Shown here: piece by piece, positions 21,513 to 31,064 of the stretch
How positions within the stretch are numbered: the stretch's first letter is position 1
How the letters are laid out: each line of letters opens with the position of its first letter
Assembly: GCA_963847655.1 (NCBI GenBank)
Contig: CAWKAS010000014.1
Span: 29,584 to 93,583 of the forward strand
Origin: an uncultured Acidobacteriota bacterium
GTDB taxonomy: Bacteria; Acidobacteriota; Vicinamibacteria; Fen-336
Direction of reading: 5' to 3'
Length of the DNA: 64,000 bases
Position numbers and translations under genes: made by a program
Notes under the pieces: generated by a model
The model's input: only the letters and a program-made list of their open reading frames with translations
The model's database searches: none
Told to the model about the DNA's origin: nothing

Positions 21513-21592
21513 CGGTCTGGCTTCGGGGGAGCTCCGCGTCTCCTGAGGACCGGCTGCGATATAGTCCGGCCGAGAGGCGGGGGAGACCCTCG

Positions 21593-22531
21593 ATGAACGA
21601 CGACCTGCAGCGGCGATTGCCGGCCTTGAAGGCCCAGCTCGGCCGGGTGATCCTGGGCAAGGGGGAAGCCCTCGATCACGTGCTCGTGGCGCTCTTGAGC
21701 GGCCACCACCTCCTGCTGGAGGACGTGCCGGGGGTGGGCAAGACGACCCTCGCCAAGGCCTTGGCCCGCTCCTTCGACGGCCGCTTCCGTCGGGTGCAGT
21801 TCACGCCCGACCTCCTGCCCACGGACATCCTCGGCTCCGCCGTCTACAACCCCCGTGACGGGAGCTTCAGCTTCCAGGAGGGGCCGGTCTTCACCCACGT
21901 CCTCCTCGCCGACGAGATCAACCGCGCCTCACCCCGCACGCAGTCGGCACTGCTCGAGGCGATGAGCGAAGGGCAGGTCTCCGCCGACGGCGCCACCCGG
22001 CCGCTGCCCTCTCCCTTCCTGGTGGTCGCGACCCAGAACCCGGTGGAGTACCACGGGACGTACCCCCTGCCCGAGGCCCAGCTCGACCGGTTCGGGCTGC
22101 GCCTGAGCCTCGGGTACCCGGGGGCGGAGGAGGAGGTCGACGTCATCTTCAGCCAGGCGGAGAGCCACCCCGTCGACTCCCTCGAGCCGGTCCTGAGCGC
22201 CGAGCACGTCCTGGCCCTGCAGGCCCGCGTGCGCAAGGTGCGGGTCGAGCGTCGGCTGGGGCGCTACGTGGTGTCCCTGGCCGAGGCCACGCGACGCCAC
22301 CCCTCCGTCCAGCTCGGCTGCTCGCCCCGGGGAACCCTGATGCTCGTGCACGCGGCCCAGGCCCGGGCCTTCGTGGAGGGGCGCGACTACGCGACCCCCG
22401 AGGACGTCAAGGCCGAGGCGGTTCCCGTCTTCGCCCACCGCCTGGGCCTGGAGACGAAGGCCCGCTACTCGGGGGTGTCGAAGGAGGACACCGTGCGCGA
22501 GATCCTGGCCTCCGTGCCGATCGGCCTCTGA
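21593..22531 (+). CDS. MoxR-like AAA+ ATPase
   Basis: Walker A GVGKTT, Walker B/sensor motifs and an AAA lid. The start at MNDDLQ is preceded by GGGGGAG. Confidence 0.9.
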   Translation: MNDDLQRRLPALKAQLGRVILGKGEALDHVLVALLSGHHLLLEDVPGVGKTTLAKALARSFDGRFRRVQFTPDLLPTDILGSAVYNPRDGSFSFQEGPVFTHVLLADEINRASPRTQSALLEAMSEGQVSADGATRPLPSPFLVVATQNPVEYHGTYPLPEAQLDRFGLRLSLGYPGAEEEVDVIFSQAESHPVDSLEPVLSAEHVLALQARVRKVRVERRLGRYVVSLAEATRRHPSVQLGCSPRGTLMLVHAAQARAFVEGRDYATPEDVKAEAVPVFAHRLGLETKARYSGVSKEDTVREILASVPIGL

Positions 22532-23883
22532 TGGCCTCGGCCGCACCCGGGGTGGGCCGACGCGTCGGGGCCTCCGTCGTGGACGCCCTCGCAGGCGTGG
22601 GGGACGGCCTCGCCGCGCTCTGGCGGCGGTCGCTCGACTCCTCCTTCCTCTACCGCCGGCTGCACCGCCTGTGGCACGAGCGCTTCACCGCCCGGGGCCG
22701 CTTCGTCTTCCTGCTCTGCGTCGTCCTGGGGTTCGCGGGCGTCGACACCCGGCAGGCCCTGCTCTACCAGCTCTTCGCCCTCGCCGTCGGGCCCCTCCTG
22801 GTGGCCGGACTCCTGGCCCTGCGCCGTCCGCCCCGGGTGCGACTGGTCGGCCAGCTGCCCCGGCGGCTGACCGCCGGCCGCCCCGTGGCCGTGAGCGTCG
22901 AAACCGAGACGATGGGGCAACGGGAGAGCGGCAACCTCGTGGTCTCCTGGACCGGCCCCTCCCACAGGAGCGGCGGGGTGAGCGTGGAGCCGACCGACTC
23001 CTTCCTGGACTGTGGTGCCGGGAGGGCCGGCCACACGCGGATCGAGATCGCGGCCACGCACCGGGGACGCTACGTGGTTCCGGGGCTGGGCGTGAGCGGG
23101 ACCGACCCCCTGGGCCTGCTGGCCACGCGGCGCTCGGTCCGCCAGCCGGACCAGACCGTCCTCGTCTCCCCCCGTTTCTTCACCCTCGACGACCTTCATC
23201 TCCCCCTCGGTCGGCGCTATCAGCCGGGGGGCATCCCCCTGGCCGCGAGCCTGGGCGACTCCAACGAGTTCGTGGGCGCCCGCGAGTACCGGGAGGGCGA
23301 CCCCCTGCGCAAGATCCACTGGCGCTCGTGGGCGCGGCGGGGAGCGCCCGTCGTCAAGGAGTACCAGGAGGAGTACTTCTCGCGCATCGCCCTCGTCTTC
23401 GACACCTTTCTTCCCCGGCGGCCGCGGGCGGTCGAGAGGCGGGCCTTCGAGGCCGGCGTCTCCCTGGTCGCGTCGATTGCCGATCACTTCAGCCGCAGCG
23501 AGGAGATCGTGGACCTCTTCGCGGCGGGGCCGGACATCTACCAGCTGAGCGCGGGGAGGAGCCTGGCCTATCTGGAGAACGTCCTGGACGTGCTGGCCTG
23601 CCTCGAGCCCTGCCACGAGCCCCCTTTCGACGAGGTGGGGCCGCACCTGCACGAGAGCCTCGCGCAGCTCACCACGGTGGTGGCGGTGGTCCTCGACTGG
23701 GACGAGGGGCGCGAGGCCTTCCTGCACGGGCTCCGCGAGAAGGGGGTCGCCGTGCGCACCTTCATCGTGCACCCCGGGCCGACCCGGCGGCCCTGGGAGG
23801 GGGCAACCCGCGAGCTGGGGGAGATCACCCTGGTCGCCCCCGCCGAGGTGGAGCGGCGGCTCCGCGCGGGAGAGCAGGCGTGA
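22531..23883 (+). CDS. DUF58 domain-containing protein (MoxR partner, vWA-like)
   Basis: Its ATG overlaps the MoxR TGA (ATGA). It has N-terminal TM helices and the DUF58 core (EFVGAREYREGDPLRKIHWRSWAR). Confidence 0.85.
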   Translation: MASAAPGVGRRVGASVVDALAGVGDGLAALWRRSLDSSFLYRRLHRLWHERFTARGRFVFLLCVVLGFAGVDTRQALLYQLFALAVGPLLVAGLLALRRPPRVRLVGQLPRRLTAGRPVAVSVETETMGQRESGNLVVSWTGPSHRSGGVSVEPTDSFLDCGAGRAGHTRIEIAATHRGRYVVPGLGVSGTDPLGLLATRRSVRQPDQTVLVSPRFFTLDDLHLPLGRRYQPGGIPLAASLGDSNEFVGAREYREGDPLRKIHWRSWARRGAPVVKEYQEEYFSRIALVFDTFLPRRPRAVERRAFEAGVSLVASIADHFSRSEEIVDLFAAGPDIYQLSAGRSLAYLENVLDVLACLEPCHEPPFDEVGPHLHESLAQLTTVVAVVLDWDEGREAFLHGLREKGVAVRTFIVHPGPTRRPWEGATRELGEITLVAPAEVERRLRAGEQA

Positions 23884-25988
23884 GCCGGGAGCGGGCCCCC
23901 GCCCCCGCGGCGCCTCCCGCGGAGACCGGGGTCCTGTCCCGCTGGGCGCTGCACTTCGCCCTGATCGCCGCCCTGGGGGCGTTCGTCGTCGCCCGGGACG
24001 ACCGTTCGGTCCTCCTCCTTCTCATCCCCCTCGCCCTCGCGCCCGCGCTGCGGTGGCACCGGGCCCCGGCCTGGACGGTCTCGCTCCTCCCCGCGGTCGC
24101 GCGCGTGACCCTGCTGGTGGCCTTCGCCCTCGCCGTGCTGTCGAGGCAGCTGCTCTTCATCCGACCCGAGGTGGGCCATGCCTGGGCCGGGGGCCTGGGC
24201 TGGGTGCTGGCGATCCTCGCGGTCGTGTTCATCCTGGGACACCGCCTCTGGCCGGTGACCGCCACCCTCGTGCCGGTCGTGGTCGGCCTTCTCGCGGTGA
24301 GCGGGCTTGACCCGGGGGTGCGGCTGTTCACCTCCTTCGCGGTGGTGGGGGCCCTCGCCCTCTGGGCCTTCGCGTTCATGTCCGGGGGACCGCGCCGTCT
24401 CGGGTGGCCCCTGGCCGCCTTCCTGGGGGTCTCCGCGGCGGCGGCCGGGGGGACGATGCGCTTCCTGCCCTGGGCCCAGCCCCACGTCGAGCGGGCGGTG
24501 GCTCGGACGTTCGCCGAGGGGACCACCGGCCTCTCCGAAGAGTCACGTCTGGGCGAGTTCGGGGAGCTGGCGGTGTCGAGCCGCGTGGTCCTGCGCGTGT
24601 GGACCGCCGAGCCCCGCCTGCTCCGGGCCTATGTCCACTCGCAGTTCGACGGCCGCGAGTGGTCCTCGCCGCGGCACCTGGACATGCCCGACCCGCCACC
24701 GCTGCGCCCGGCGACGGGCGAGACGGGTCGCTCCTGGTTGACCGAGGTGCCGGGCCCGCGGTTCGTGATCCCGCCCGAGGACGATCTGCCCACGGGAACG
24801 CCGGGTGTCGTCGAGACGAGGGTCCTCCAGAGCGAGATCCGCGACTGGCCTCTCCTGGTCCCGGCCGCCACCCGACTGGTGCGGGCCCCGACCTCGCAGC
24901 TCACCCGGAGCCGGGAAGGGGTGCTGCGCTGGCCCCCGTACGAGCCGGCGCGGCTCTACGGGGCGGTCCACGACGCGGCCCGCGCCGCTCCCTCGCGGGG
25001 AGCGGACGAGACGTACACGGCGCGAGCGGTGGCCCTGGGGCTCCCGGGCCGCCTCGACCCCCGGGTCCGGGTGCTGGCCCGCGTCCTGGAGAGCGACGCG
25101 ACCTCCGACCGGGGGCGGCTCAGGAACACCGTGGAATGGTTGCGGTCCGGCTACACCTACAGCCTCGACGTGGGCGCGTTCGAGACCGAGGATCCTCTGG
25201 CGGAGTTCCTCTTCGACAAGAAGGAGGGGTACTGCGAGTACTTCGCCACCGCGGCCGCGGTGCTGCTGCGTCTGCAGGGGGTTCCCGCGCGCTACGTGAA
25301 GGGATTCAGCGTGGGGCCGCAGAACTTCGTGTCGGGCCGCTTCGGCGTCGGCGATCACTACCTCGTCCGGGAGTCGGACGCCCACGCCTGGATCGAGGCC
25401 TACATCGCGGGCGAGGGCTGGGTCGAGGCCGACCCCACGCCTCCGGCGGACCTCTCCCTCCTGCACGAGCCGGCTGCCGGATGGCTCGCCACGCTCCTCG
25501 AGGGCCTTCGAGTGCACGCCGCCCAGGTCTGGGCGCGCCTGCGGCACGAGGGGCTCGGCGGCGTCTGGAACGCCCTCACCCGGACCGCCGGCGCCCTCCT
25601 GGCCGGCCTCGGGCACCACCCCCTGGCGACGGGCGGTCTCGTGGCCGCTCTTCTCCTCGCGGCCTCGTGGCCGTGGTGGCGTGCGCTCCTGCTGCGGCTT
25701 CGCTCCCAGCGCCGGGCGCGCCTCGATCGACGAGCGGCCCTGCCCGGCGAGCTGGCGACGCTGCTCTCCACGGTGGAGCGCCACTGGGCGCGGCAGGGGC
25801 GCGCGCGCCCGCCGTCGCGGGGGCTGCGCGAGCACCTCGACGGCCTGCCCGAGGGGGTCCTCACCCCCTCGGCCCGGGAAGCGAGCGCCGCGGTCGTCGA
25901 CGCGTGCTACCGCTCGGCCTTCGCCGGGCGGCCTCCCTCGCCGGAGACGGTTGACGACTTGCGTTCGGCGGTCGCACGAATGAGCTGA
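23880..25988 (+). CDS. Transglutaminase-like domain membrane protein (TgpA-like)
   Basis: Its GTG overlaps the DUF58 stop (GTGA). There are about 6 N-terminal TM helices. The transglutaminase core carries the Cys-His-Asp triad (GYCEYFATAAAVLLR...DAHAWIEAY). Confidence 0.8.
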   Translation: MSRERAPAPAAPPAETGVLSRWALHFALIAALGAFVVARDDRSVLLLLIPLALAPALRWHRAPAWTVSLLPAVARVTLLVAFALAVLSRQLLFIRPEVGHAWAGGLGWVLAILAVVFILGHRLWPVTATLVPVVVGLLAVSGLDPGVRLFTSFAVVGALALWAFAFMSGGPRRLGWPLAAFLGVSAAAAGGTMRFLPWAQPHVERAVARTFAEGTTGLSEESRLGEFGELAVSSRVVLRVWTAEPRLLRAYVHSQFDGREWSSPRHLDMPDPPPLRPATGETGRSWLTEVPGPRFVIPPEDDLPTGTPGVVETRVLQSEIRDWPLLVPAATRLVRAPTSQLTRSREGVLRWPPYEPARLYGAVHDAARAAPSRGADETYTARAVALGLPGRLDPRVRVLARVLESDATSDRGRLRNTVEWLRSGYTYSLDVGAFETEDPLAEFLFDKKEGYCEYFATAAAVLLRLQGVPARYVKGFSVGPQNFVSGRFGVGDHYLVRESDAHAWIEAYIAGEGWVEADPTPPADLSLLHEPAAGWLATLLEGLRVHAAQVWARLRHEGLGGVWNALTRTAGALLAGLGHHPLATGGLVAALLLAASWPWWRALLLRLRSQRRARLDRRAALPGELATLLSTVERHWARQGRARPPSRGLREHLDGLPEGVLTPSAREASAAVVDACYRSAFAGRPPSPETVDDLRSAVARMS

Positions 25989-25995
25989 GGACCCC

Positions 25996-27537
25996 ATGCT
26001 GCTCGCCCGCGTGGTCGAACGGGTCGCCCAGGTCCGGGCCACCTCCCGCAAGACCGAGAAGATCGCGCTCATCGCCGAGCTCCTCGCCCAGACGAGCGGG
26101 CGCGAGACCGAGCTCGTGGCGCTGTACCTCACCGGGCGTCTTCCCCAGGGCCGGGTGGGCGTGGGCGGGCGCACGATCGAGGCGGCGATGGCGGAAGGGC
26201 CTCCGGTGGGCGACGCGCCGACCCTGGCCGCGGTCGACAGTGTCCTCGACGAGGTCGCGCGGGATCGGGGGGCAGGCTCGACCGAGCGCGGGCGCGCGGC
26301 CCTCCACGCCCTGCTCGCCCGGGTCGACCCGCCGGGGCGGCGCTTCCTGGCCGAGCTGCTCCTCGGTGAGGTGAGGCAGGGAGCGCTCGACGGGCTCGTT
26401 CGCGACGCCATCGCCCGCGCCGCGGGGCTCCCGGCCCCGTCCGTCCGGCAGGCGGCGATGTTCGCGGAGGACCTGGGGCAGCTGGCGCGGGTCGCGCTCA
26501 CGGAGGGGGCCGCCGGCCTCGCGCGCTTCTCCCTGCGGCTCCTCTCGCCGGTCGCTCCGATGCTCGCGAGCCCCGCCGACGACGTGAGCGCCGCCCTGGA
26601 GCGCCTGGGCCAGGCCGCCTTCGAGTACAAGCTGGACGGGGCACGTCTCCAGGTGCACCGAGCAGGCGAGGAGGTGCGGGTCTTCACCCGCCAGCTCCAG
26701 GACGTGACCGAGCGTGTCCCCGAGGTGGTGGAGTGGGCGCGCGCGCTCCCGGTGCGCGAGCTGGTCCTGGAGGGAGAGGCCCTGGCCCTGCGCGACGACG
26801 GCCGACCCCAGCCCTTCCAGGTGACCATGCGTCGGCTCGGACGCTCGAAGGACGTGGCGGAGGCCCGGCGCGTGCTGCCGCTCTCCGCCTTCTTCTTCGA
26901 CTGCCTCTTTCTCGAGGGGGACGGCTCCCTCGTCTCAGTGCCCTACGCGGAGCGGGCGGAGCGCCTGGTCCGTCTCGTCTCGGAGGGGAGGCGCCTGCCC
27001 CGTCTCGTCACCGCGGAGGCGGCGGAGGCGGAGGGCTTCCTCGCCCGGGCGCTCGAGGCGGGCCACGAGGGGCTCATGGCGAAGTCCCTCGCCGCGCCCT
27101 ACGTCGCCGGCCAGCGGGGATTCCACTGGCTCAAGCTCAAGCGGGCCCACACCCTCGACCTGGTCGTCCTCGCCGCGGAATGGGGGAGCGGCCGCCGCAA
27201 GGGCTGGCTGTCCAACCTGCACCTGGGCGCGCGGGACGCCGAGAGCGGCCAGCCGGTGATGCTGGGCAAGACCTTCAAGGGGTTGACCGACGCCATGCTC
27301 CGGTGGCAGACGGAGAGGCTGCTCGAGCTGGAGACCGGGCGCGACCAGTGGACGGTGCGCGTTCGGCCGGAGCTGGTCGTCGAGGTCGCCTTCAGCGACG
27401 TTCAGGAGTCGACCCGGTACCCGGCCGGTCTCGCCCTCCGCTTCGCCCGGGTGAAGCGCCACCGGCTCGACAAGCCCGCCGCCGAGGCCGACACCGTGCA
27501 GGCGGTCCGGGCGATCTTCGAACGACAGCGCGCCTGA
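25996..27537 (+). CDS. ATP-dependent DNA ligase (LigB/archaeal-type, N-terminal DNA-binding + adenylation + OB domains)
   Basis: KxDG adenylation motif (EYKLDGAR) plus motifs III-V. It starts 8 nt downstream of the transglutaminase gene. Confidence 0.9.
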   Translation: MLLARVVERVAQVRATSRKTEKIALIAELLAQTSGRETELVALYLTGRLPQGRVGVGGRTIEAAMAEGPPVGDAPTLAAVDSVLDEVARDRGAGSTERGRAALHALLARVDPPGRRFLAELLLGEVRQGALDGLVRDAIARAAGLPAPSVRQAAMFAEDLGQLARVALTEGAAGLARFSLRLLSPVAPMLASPADDVSAALERLGQAAFEYKLDGARLQVHRAGEEVRVFTRQLQDVTERVPEVVEWARALPVRELVLEGEALALRDDGRPQPFQVTMRRLGRSKDVAEARRVLPLSAFFFDCLFLEGDGSLVSVPYAERAERLVRLVSEGRRLPRLVTAEAAEAEGFLARALEAGHEGLMAKSLAAPYVAGQRGFHWLKLKRAHTLDLVVLAAEWGSGRRKGWLSNLHLGARDAESGQPVMLGKTFKGLTDAMLRWQTERLLELETGRDQWTVRVRPELVVEVAFSDVQESTRYPAGLALRFARVKRHRLDKPAAEADTVQAVRAIFERQRA

Positions 27538-27657
27538 GCCGCGGCTCTCAGAGCCGCGCCTCGATGTCCTGGATCTGCTTCTGCATCGCGGTCCGCCAGA
27601 GGTCCGAGGCAACGATTTCCGGCCCGGGGTCGTCTACAGGAGAAAGAGAAACGCCCT

Positions 27658-27702
27658 CTTGACGGAACTACCAAGGTAGTATTACCGTAGTAGTTGAAGG
27701 AG
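27658..27702 (+). promoter_or_regulatory. blaI-family promoter/operator: TTGACG -35-like hexamer and two tandem 14-bp dyad boxes (ACTACCAAGGTAGT, ATTACCGTAGTAGT), then a GGAGG RBS
   Basis: Read directly: a TAC-N4-GTA dyad is repeated twice immediately upstream of the blaI-like gene. The GGAGG lies 8 nt before the ATG. Confidence 0.55.
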
Positions 27703-27709
27703 GACGAAG

Positions 27710-28096
27710 ATGCCGCGCCAGACCCTGGGCGATCTGCAGCACGCGATCATGGCCGTCCTGTGGGAGCGGGGGGAGGCCACCACCGCCGACGTTCACGAGG
27801 CCCTCTACGCCGAGCGGGGCCTGGCTCTGACCACCATCGCCACCATGCTGCGGAAGATGGAGGACAAGGGCGTCGTCGCCCACCGCTCCGAGGGCCGCCA
27901 GTTCGTCTACCGCCCCACGGTGACCCAGACGGAGGTCCGCGAGTCCATGGTGGGGGAGCTGGTCGAGCGTCTCTTCGGGGGCGACGCGAAGGCCCTGGTG
28001 GCCCACCTCGTCTCCGAGCACGAGATCGACGGGGCCGACCTGGCCGAGCTGCGCCGGCGCGTGGGGGCGGGCCGTGGGAAGGGGGGTCGGCGATGA
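27710..28096 (+). CDS. BlaI/MecI/CopY family transcriptional repressor
   Basis: 128 aa; winged-helix N-terminus (LGDLQHAIMAVLWERGEATTADVHEAL) and a C-terminal dimerisation helix. Confidence 0.9.
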   Translation: MPRQTLGDLQHAIMAVLWERGEATTADVHEALYAERGLALTTIATMLRKMEDKGVVAHRSEGRQFVYRPTVTQTEVRESMVGELVERLFGGDAKALVAHLVSEHEIDGADLAELRRRVGAGRGKGGRR

Positions 28097-30100
28097 GCGG
28101 GCTGACGGGCTGGCTCCTGACCTACCTGCTGCACAGCACGGTCCTGCTCGGTGGGGCGGCGCTCGTGGGTCTCGTCCTCCGGGAGCGCCGGCTCGGCCTC
28201 CAGGAGGCCGTGCTCAGGGCGGCGCTGGTGGGCGGCTTCCTCACCGCGAGCCTGCAGCTGGGTCTGGGCGTGCAACCGCTCGGCGGGGTCTTCACCCTCG
28301 CCGAGGCCCCGCCCGCTCCGCGGACGGTGCCGCTGGCCCCGCCCGCGCCGTCGGTCGTGACGTTGCAGGGGCCCCTTCCCGCCGTGCTCGAGGAGGTTGC
28401 GGAGACGCCCGACACGCGCGAGGCCACTCCTGGCTGGAGCCTTCCCGCACCCGCGGCGTGGGGGCCCGCCCTGGTGGGCCTGTGGGGCACGATCGGCCTC
28501 CTCGCCCTGGCCCGTCTCGGGGTGGCGGCGGTTCGCCTGCGGCGCCTGCTGCGTCCGCGCCATCCCCTGGCCGGCACCGGTCTGGCCTCGAGCGTGGCCG
28601 CCCTCACCGCGGGTCTCGGCCTGCGTCGCCCGGTTCCCGTGAGCACGGCGCCGCGGCTCGACGTCCCCCTCGCCACCGGCGTCGTCCACCCGGAGGTGTG
28701 CCTCCCGCCGCGGACCCTCTCCGAGCTCGAAGGGGACCAGCAGGTCGCCCTGTGCGCGCACGAGCTGGCTCACGTGGCGCGGCGCGATCCGACGTGGATC
28801 CTGCTCGCCCGGCTGGTCGAGGCCGTGGCCCCGCTCCAGCCCCTCAACATCTGGGCGCGACGCCGTCTCCAGGACGTGGCCGAGTGCCTGAGCGACGACC
28901 TCGCGGTGGCGGCCTCCGGGCATCCCGAGGGTCTGGCCCGCTCCCTCGTCGACGTGGCCGCGTGGACCGTGGCCGATGACGTTTACCTCCCCGCGGCGGC
29001 AGGGGCGCTCAGCTCCCGCCACCGCCTGGGGCATCGTGTGGAGAGACTCATGGACCCCCTGCGCTCACTCGAACGTCCCGGTCGTCTTCTTCTGCCGCTG
29101 GCCGGCGCGGCCGTGCTGGCCACGGCACTCGTCACCCCCGCCGTCTCGGGCACGTCGGTCCCGGAGGCGCAGCCGTCTTCGACGACCACCGTACCGAAGG
29201 CGCCCGAGGCGCCCGTGGCCCCGGAAGCTCCCGAGGCTCCCGAGGTGCCGGAGGCTCCCGGAGGCCCCGGAGACTCCGGAGGCCCCCGAAGCCCCCGAAG
29301 CCCCCGAAGCCCCGGAGGCGACGGAGAAGCCCCGCTCGCCGGCAGCGCGGGAGCTCGAGGAGCTGACGCGCCGGATCGAGGCGCGCGCCGAGCAGCACGC
29401 GGCGCAGATGGAGGAGGTCGGCGCCGAGATCGAGCGGATCGTGGAAGCCAGCCTGCCTCCGGAGGAGGAGATGGACCGCCTGGCCAGCGAGATGGAGAGT
29501 GCGGCCGAGGCCCTGGCCGAGGCGCACCGGATGCAGCACGGGCGCGAGGGCGCCTCCACCGAGGAGGAGCGCGCCGAGGCGCGGGCCCGGGCGGAGGCGG
29601 CTCGCGCCCGCATGGCGGAGGCTCGCGAGCAGATGCAGGCGGCCACTCGGGAGCTCGGGATTCCGGACGGCGAGCTGCGGCGCCTGCAGGAGCGGGCCCG
29701 CGACATGGCCAAGGCCGCCGCCCCCACGCCCGAGGAGCGGCGCCGACTCGAGGAGCTGACCCGCGAGATCGTCGAGGAGTCCATGCCCGACCTGGACGAG
29801 CTGCGTGAGGAGATGGAGGAGGTCGGCCGGACGCTCGACCTGGACGAGCTGCGGAAGGAGATGGCGGAGATCAACCGGACGGTGAACCGGGAGAGCAGGG
29901 AGGCGATTCGGGAGAGCATGCGGGTCGTGCGGGAGGCCCTGCGCGAGACCATGCCCCGTGTGCGCGCGGAGGCACGGGCGGCCCGTGAGGCCGCACGGGA
30001 GTCGGCACGCCACCGCCAGCGTGAGGTCGACGGCGACCGGGAGCTGGGCGAAGCGGAGCAGCGGCACGCGGACGAAGCGGCGGAGGCCCCCGAGCTCTAG
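28093..30100 (+). pseudogene. BlaR1-like M56 family metallopeptidase, with a PEAPEA repeat linker and a charged coiled-coil C-terminal domain (one frameshift inside the repeat)
   Basis: Its ATG overlaps the blaI stop (ATGA). It has 4 TM helices and the HExxH motif HELAH. A Pro-Glu-Ala 9-bp tandem repeat follows; an extra G near 29261 shifts the frame. The C-terminal ~270 aa is an E/R/A-rich coiled coil ending at 30100. No penicillin-binding sensor domain is present. Confidence 0.75.
29191..29330. repeat. Tandem 9-bp repeat array (CCCGAGGCT / CCCGAAGCC variants) encoding the (PEA)n linker
   Basis: Read directly from the sequence; about 14 units. Confidence 0.7.
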
Positions 30101-30300
30101 TGGCCTGTACCTCTGGGCCTGGTGGACCTTTGTTCGCTGATGCCGGAACGTGGGCCCCTGAGAGTCTCTCGGGGCGGCGTTGGAGCGAGCAGGTCCCACC
30201 CTACTGGGCCTGCAATGACGAGTGGTCTCCGGGTCGCAGGCGTCCATCAGTGGCCGGTCTTGGGTGTCTCCCAAGGCTCGGCGCCGCCGTGGGCTGGGCG

Positions 30301-30780
30301 TCAGCGTGGGTGCTCAACGGAAACGACGTAGCTGTATTCCGGTCCGGACCATTCGTAAAGGTGGTGGAAGACCACGAGCCGGTATTCACCCGCCGGTGCG
30401 TAGAACGGTGGGGCGAACCCGTACCCGGACGCGAGAGCGTACTGATCCACGAGGATCCCGGCGCTCGAGTTGCCGTAACGGTCGTTTGGGGGCAGGTCCT
30501 CACAGTGCCCCCCGTTCCCCGCGTCGGAGATCCAGTGGCAAACCGAGAGGGTGACCCAGTCGGTATCGAGGTACAGCGACCTGAACTCGAGAACGCCGAT
30601 GGTCACCGGTCCTTCCTGGCCCACTGAGAACGGGTGGTACACCGTGTGACCCGCTGTGAAGGCCCCCTCGAATGTCTCCGTAGTGAGAGGGGGCGGCGGA
30701 GGCGGCGAGGGCGAAGTTGGCGAAGAGGAACAGCCCAGGAGGCCAAGCACGAAGACGGAAGCGCCGACCACCCTCCCCAT
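30301..30780 (-). CDS. Hypothetical lipoprotein
   Basis: Start at MGRVVGASVFVLGLLGCSSS (lipobox LLGC); poly-Pro linker; ~130-aa domain of unknown function. Confidence 0.5.
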   Translation of the reverse strand: MGRVVGASVFVLGLLGCSSSPTSPSPPPPPPLTTETFEGAFTAGHTVYHPFSVGQEGPVTIGVLEFRSLYLDTDWVTLSVCHWISDAGNGGHCEDLPPNDRYGNSSAGILVDQYALASGYGFAPPFYAPAGEYRLVVFHHLYEWSGPEYSYVVSVEHPR

Positions 30781-31032
30781 GAGCCTCCATGGAGAATCAC
30801 AGTCCAAGGAAGGCTCTCCGAGCCGAAGCCATCGCCACCATCTTGCGGGCACGCCTCAACCTCTGAGACTCGAGCATACGCCCGGAAGGCATACGACTGC
30901 CAGCGACTTGCGTCTCCCGCCTCCCGGGCCTTTCCTCTGCGGACTCTCTCGCGTCGCTCGCACGCCTCCCGGCGGGGGCTGCACACGGAGCCCCGGCTGC
31001 GGCTGCAAGTGTGTTTGGCTCTGGGAGGTGTT

Positions 31033-31064
31033 TGGTGACCCGCCAGGGACTCGAACCCCGAACG
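31033..31064 (-). other. tRNA 3'-end-like fragment (T-arm + acceptor 3' strand + ACCA); no complete cloverleaf found
   Basis: The minus strand reads CGGGG-TTCGAGT-CCCTG GCGGGTC A CCA. No complementary 5' acceptor strand or anticodon arm lies within 90 nt. A second palindromic T-loop-like GGTTCGAACC sits at 31076-31085. Confidence 0.4.

Noticed and set aside
29191-29330. CRISPR-like array
   Set aside because: The 9-bp units are contiguous with no spacers and lie inside a coding region encoding a (PEA)n linker. This is a coding tandem repeat, not CRISPR.
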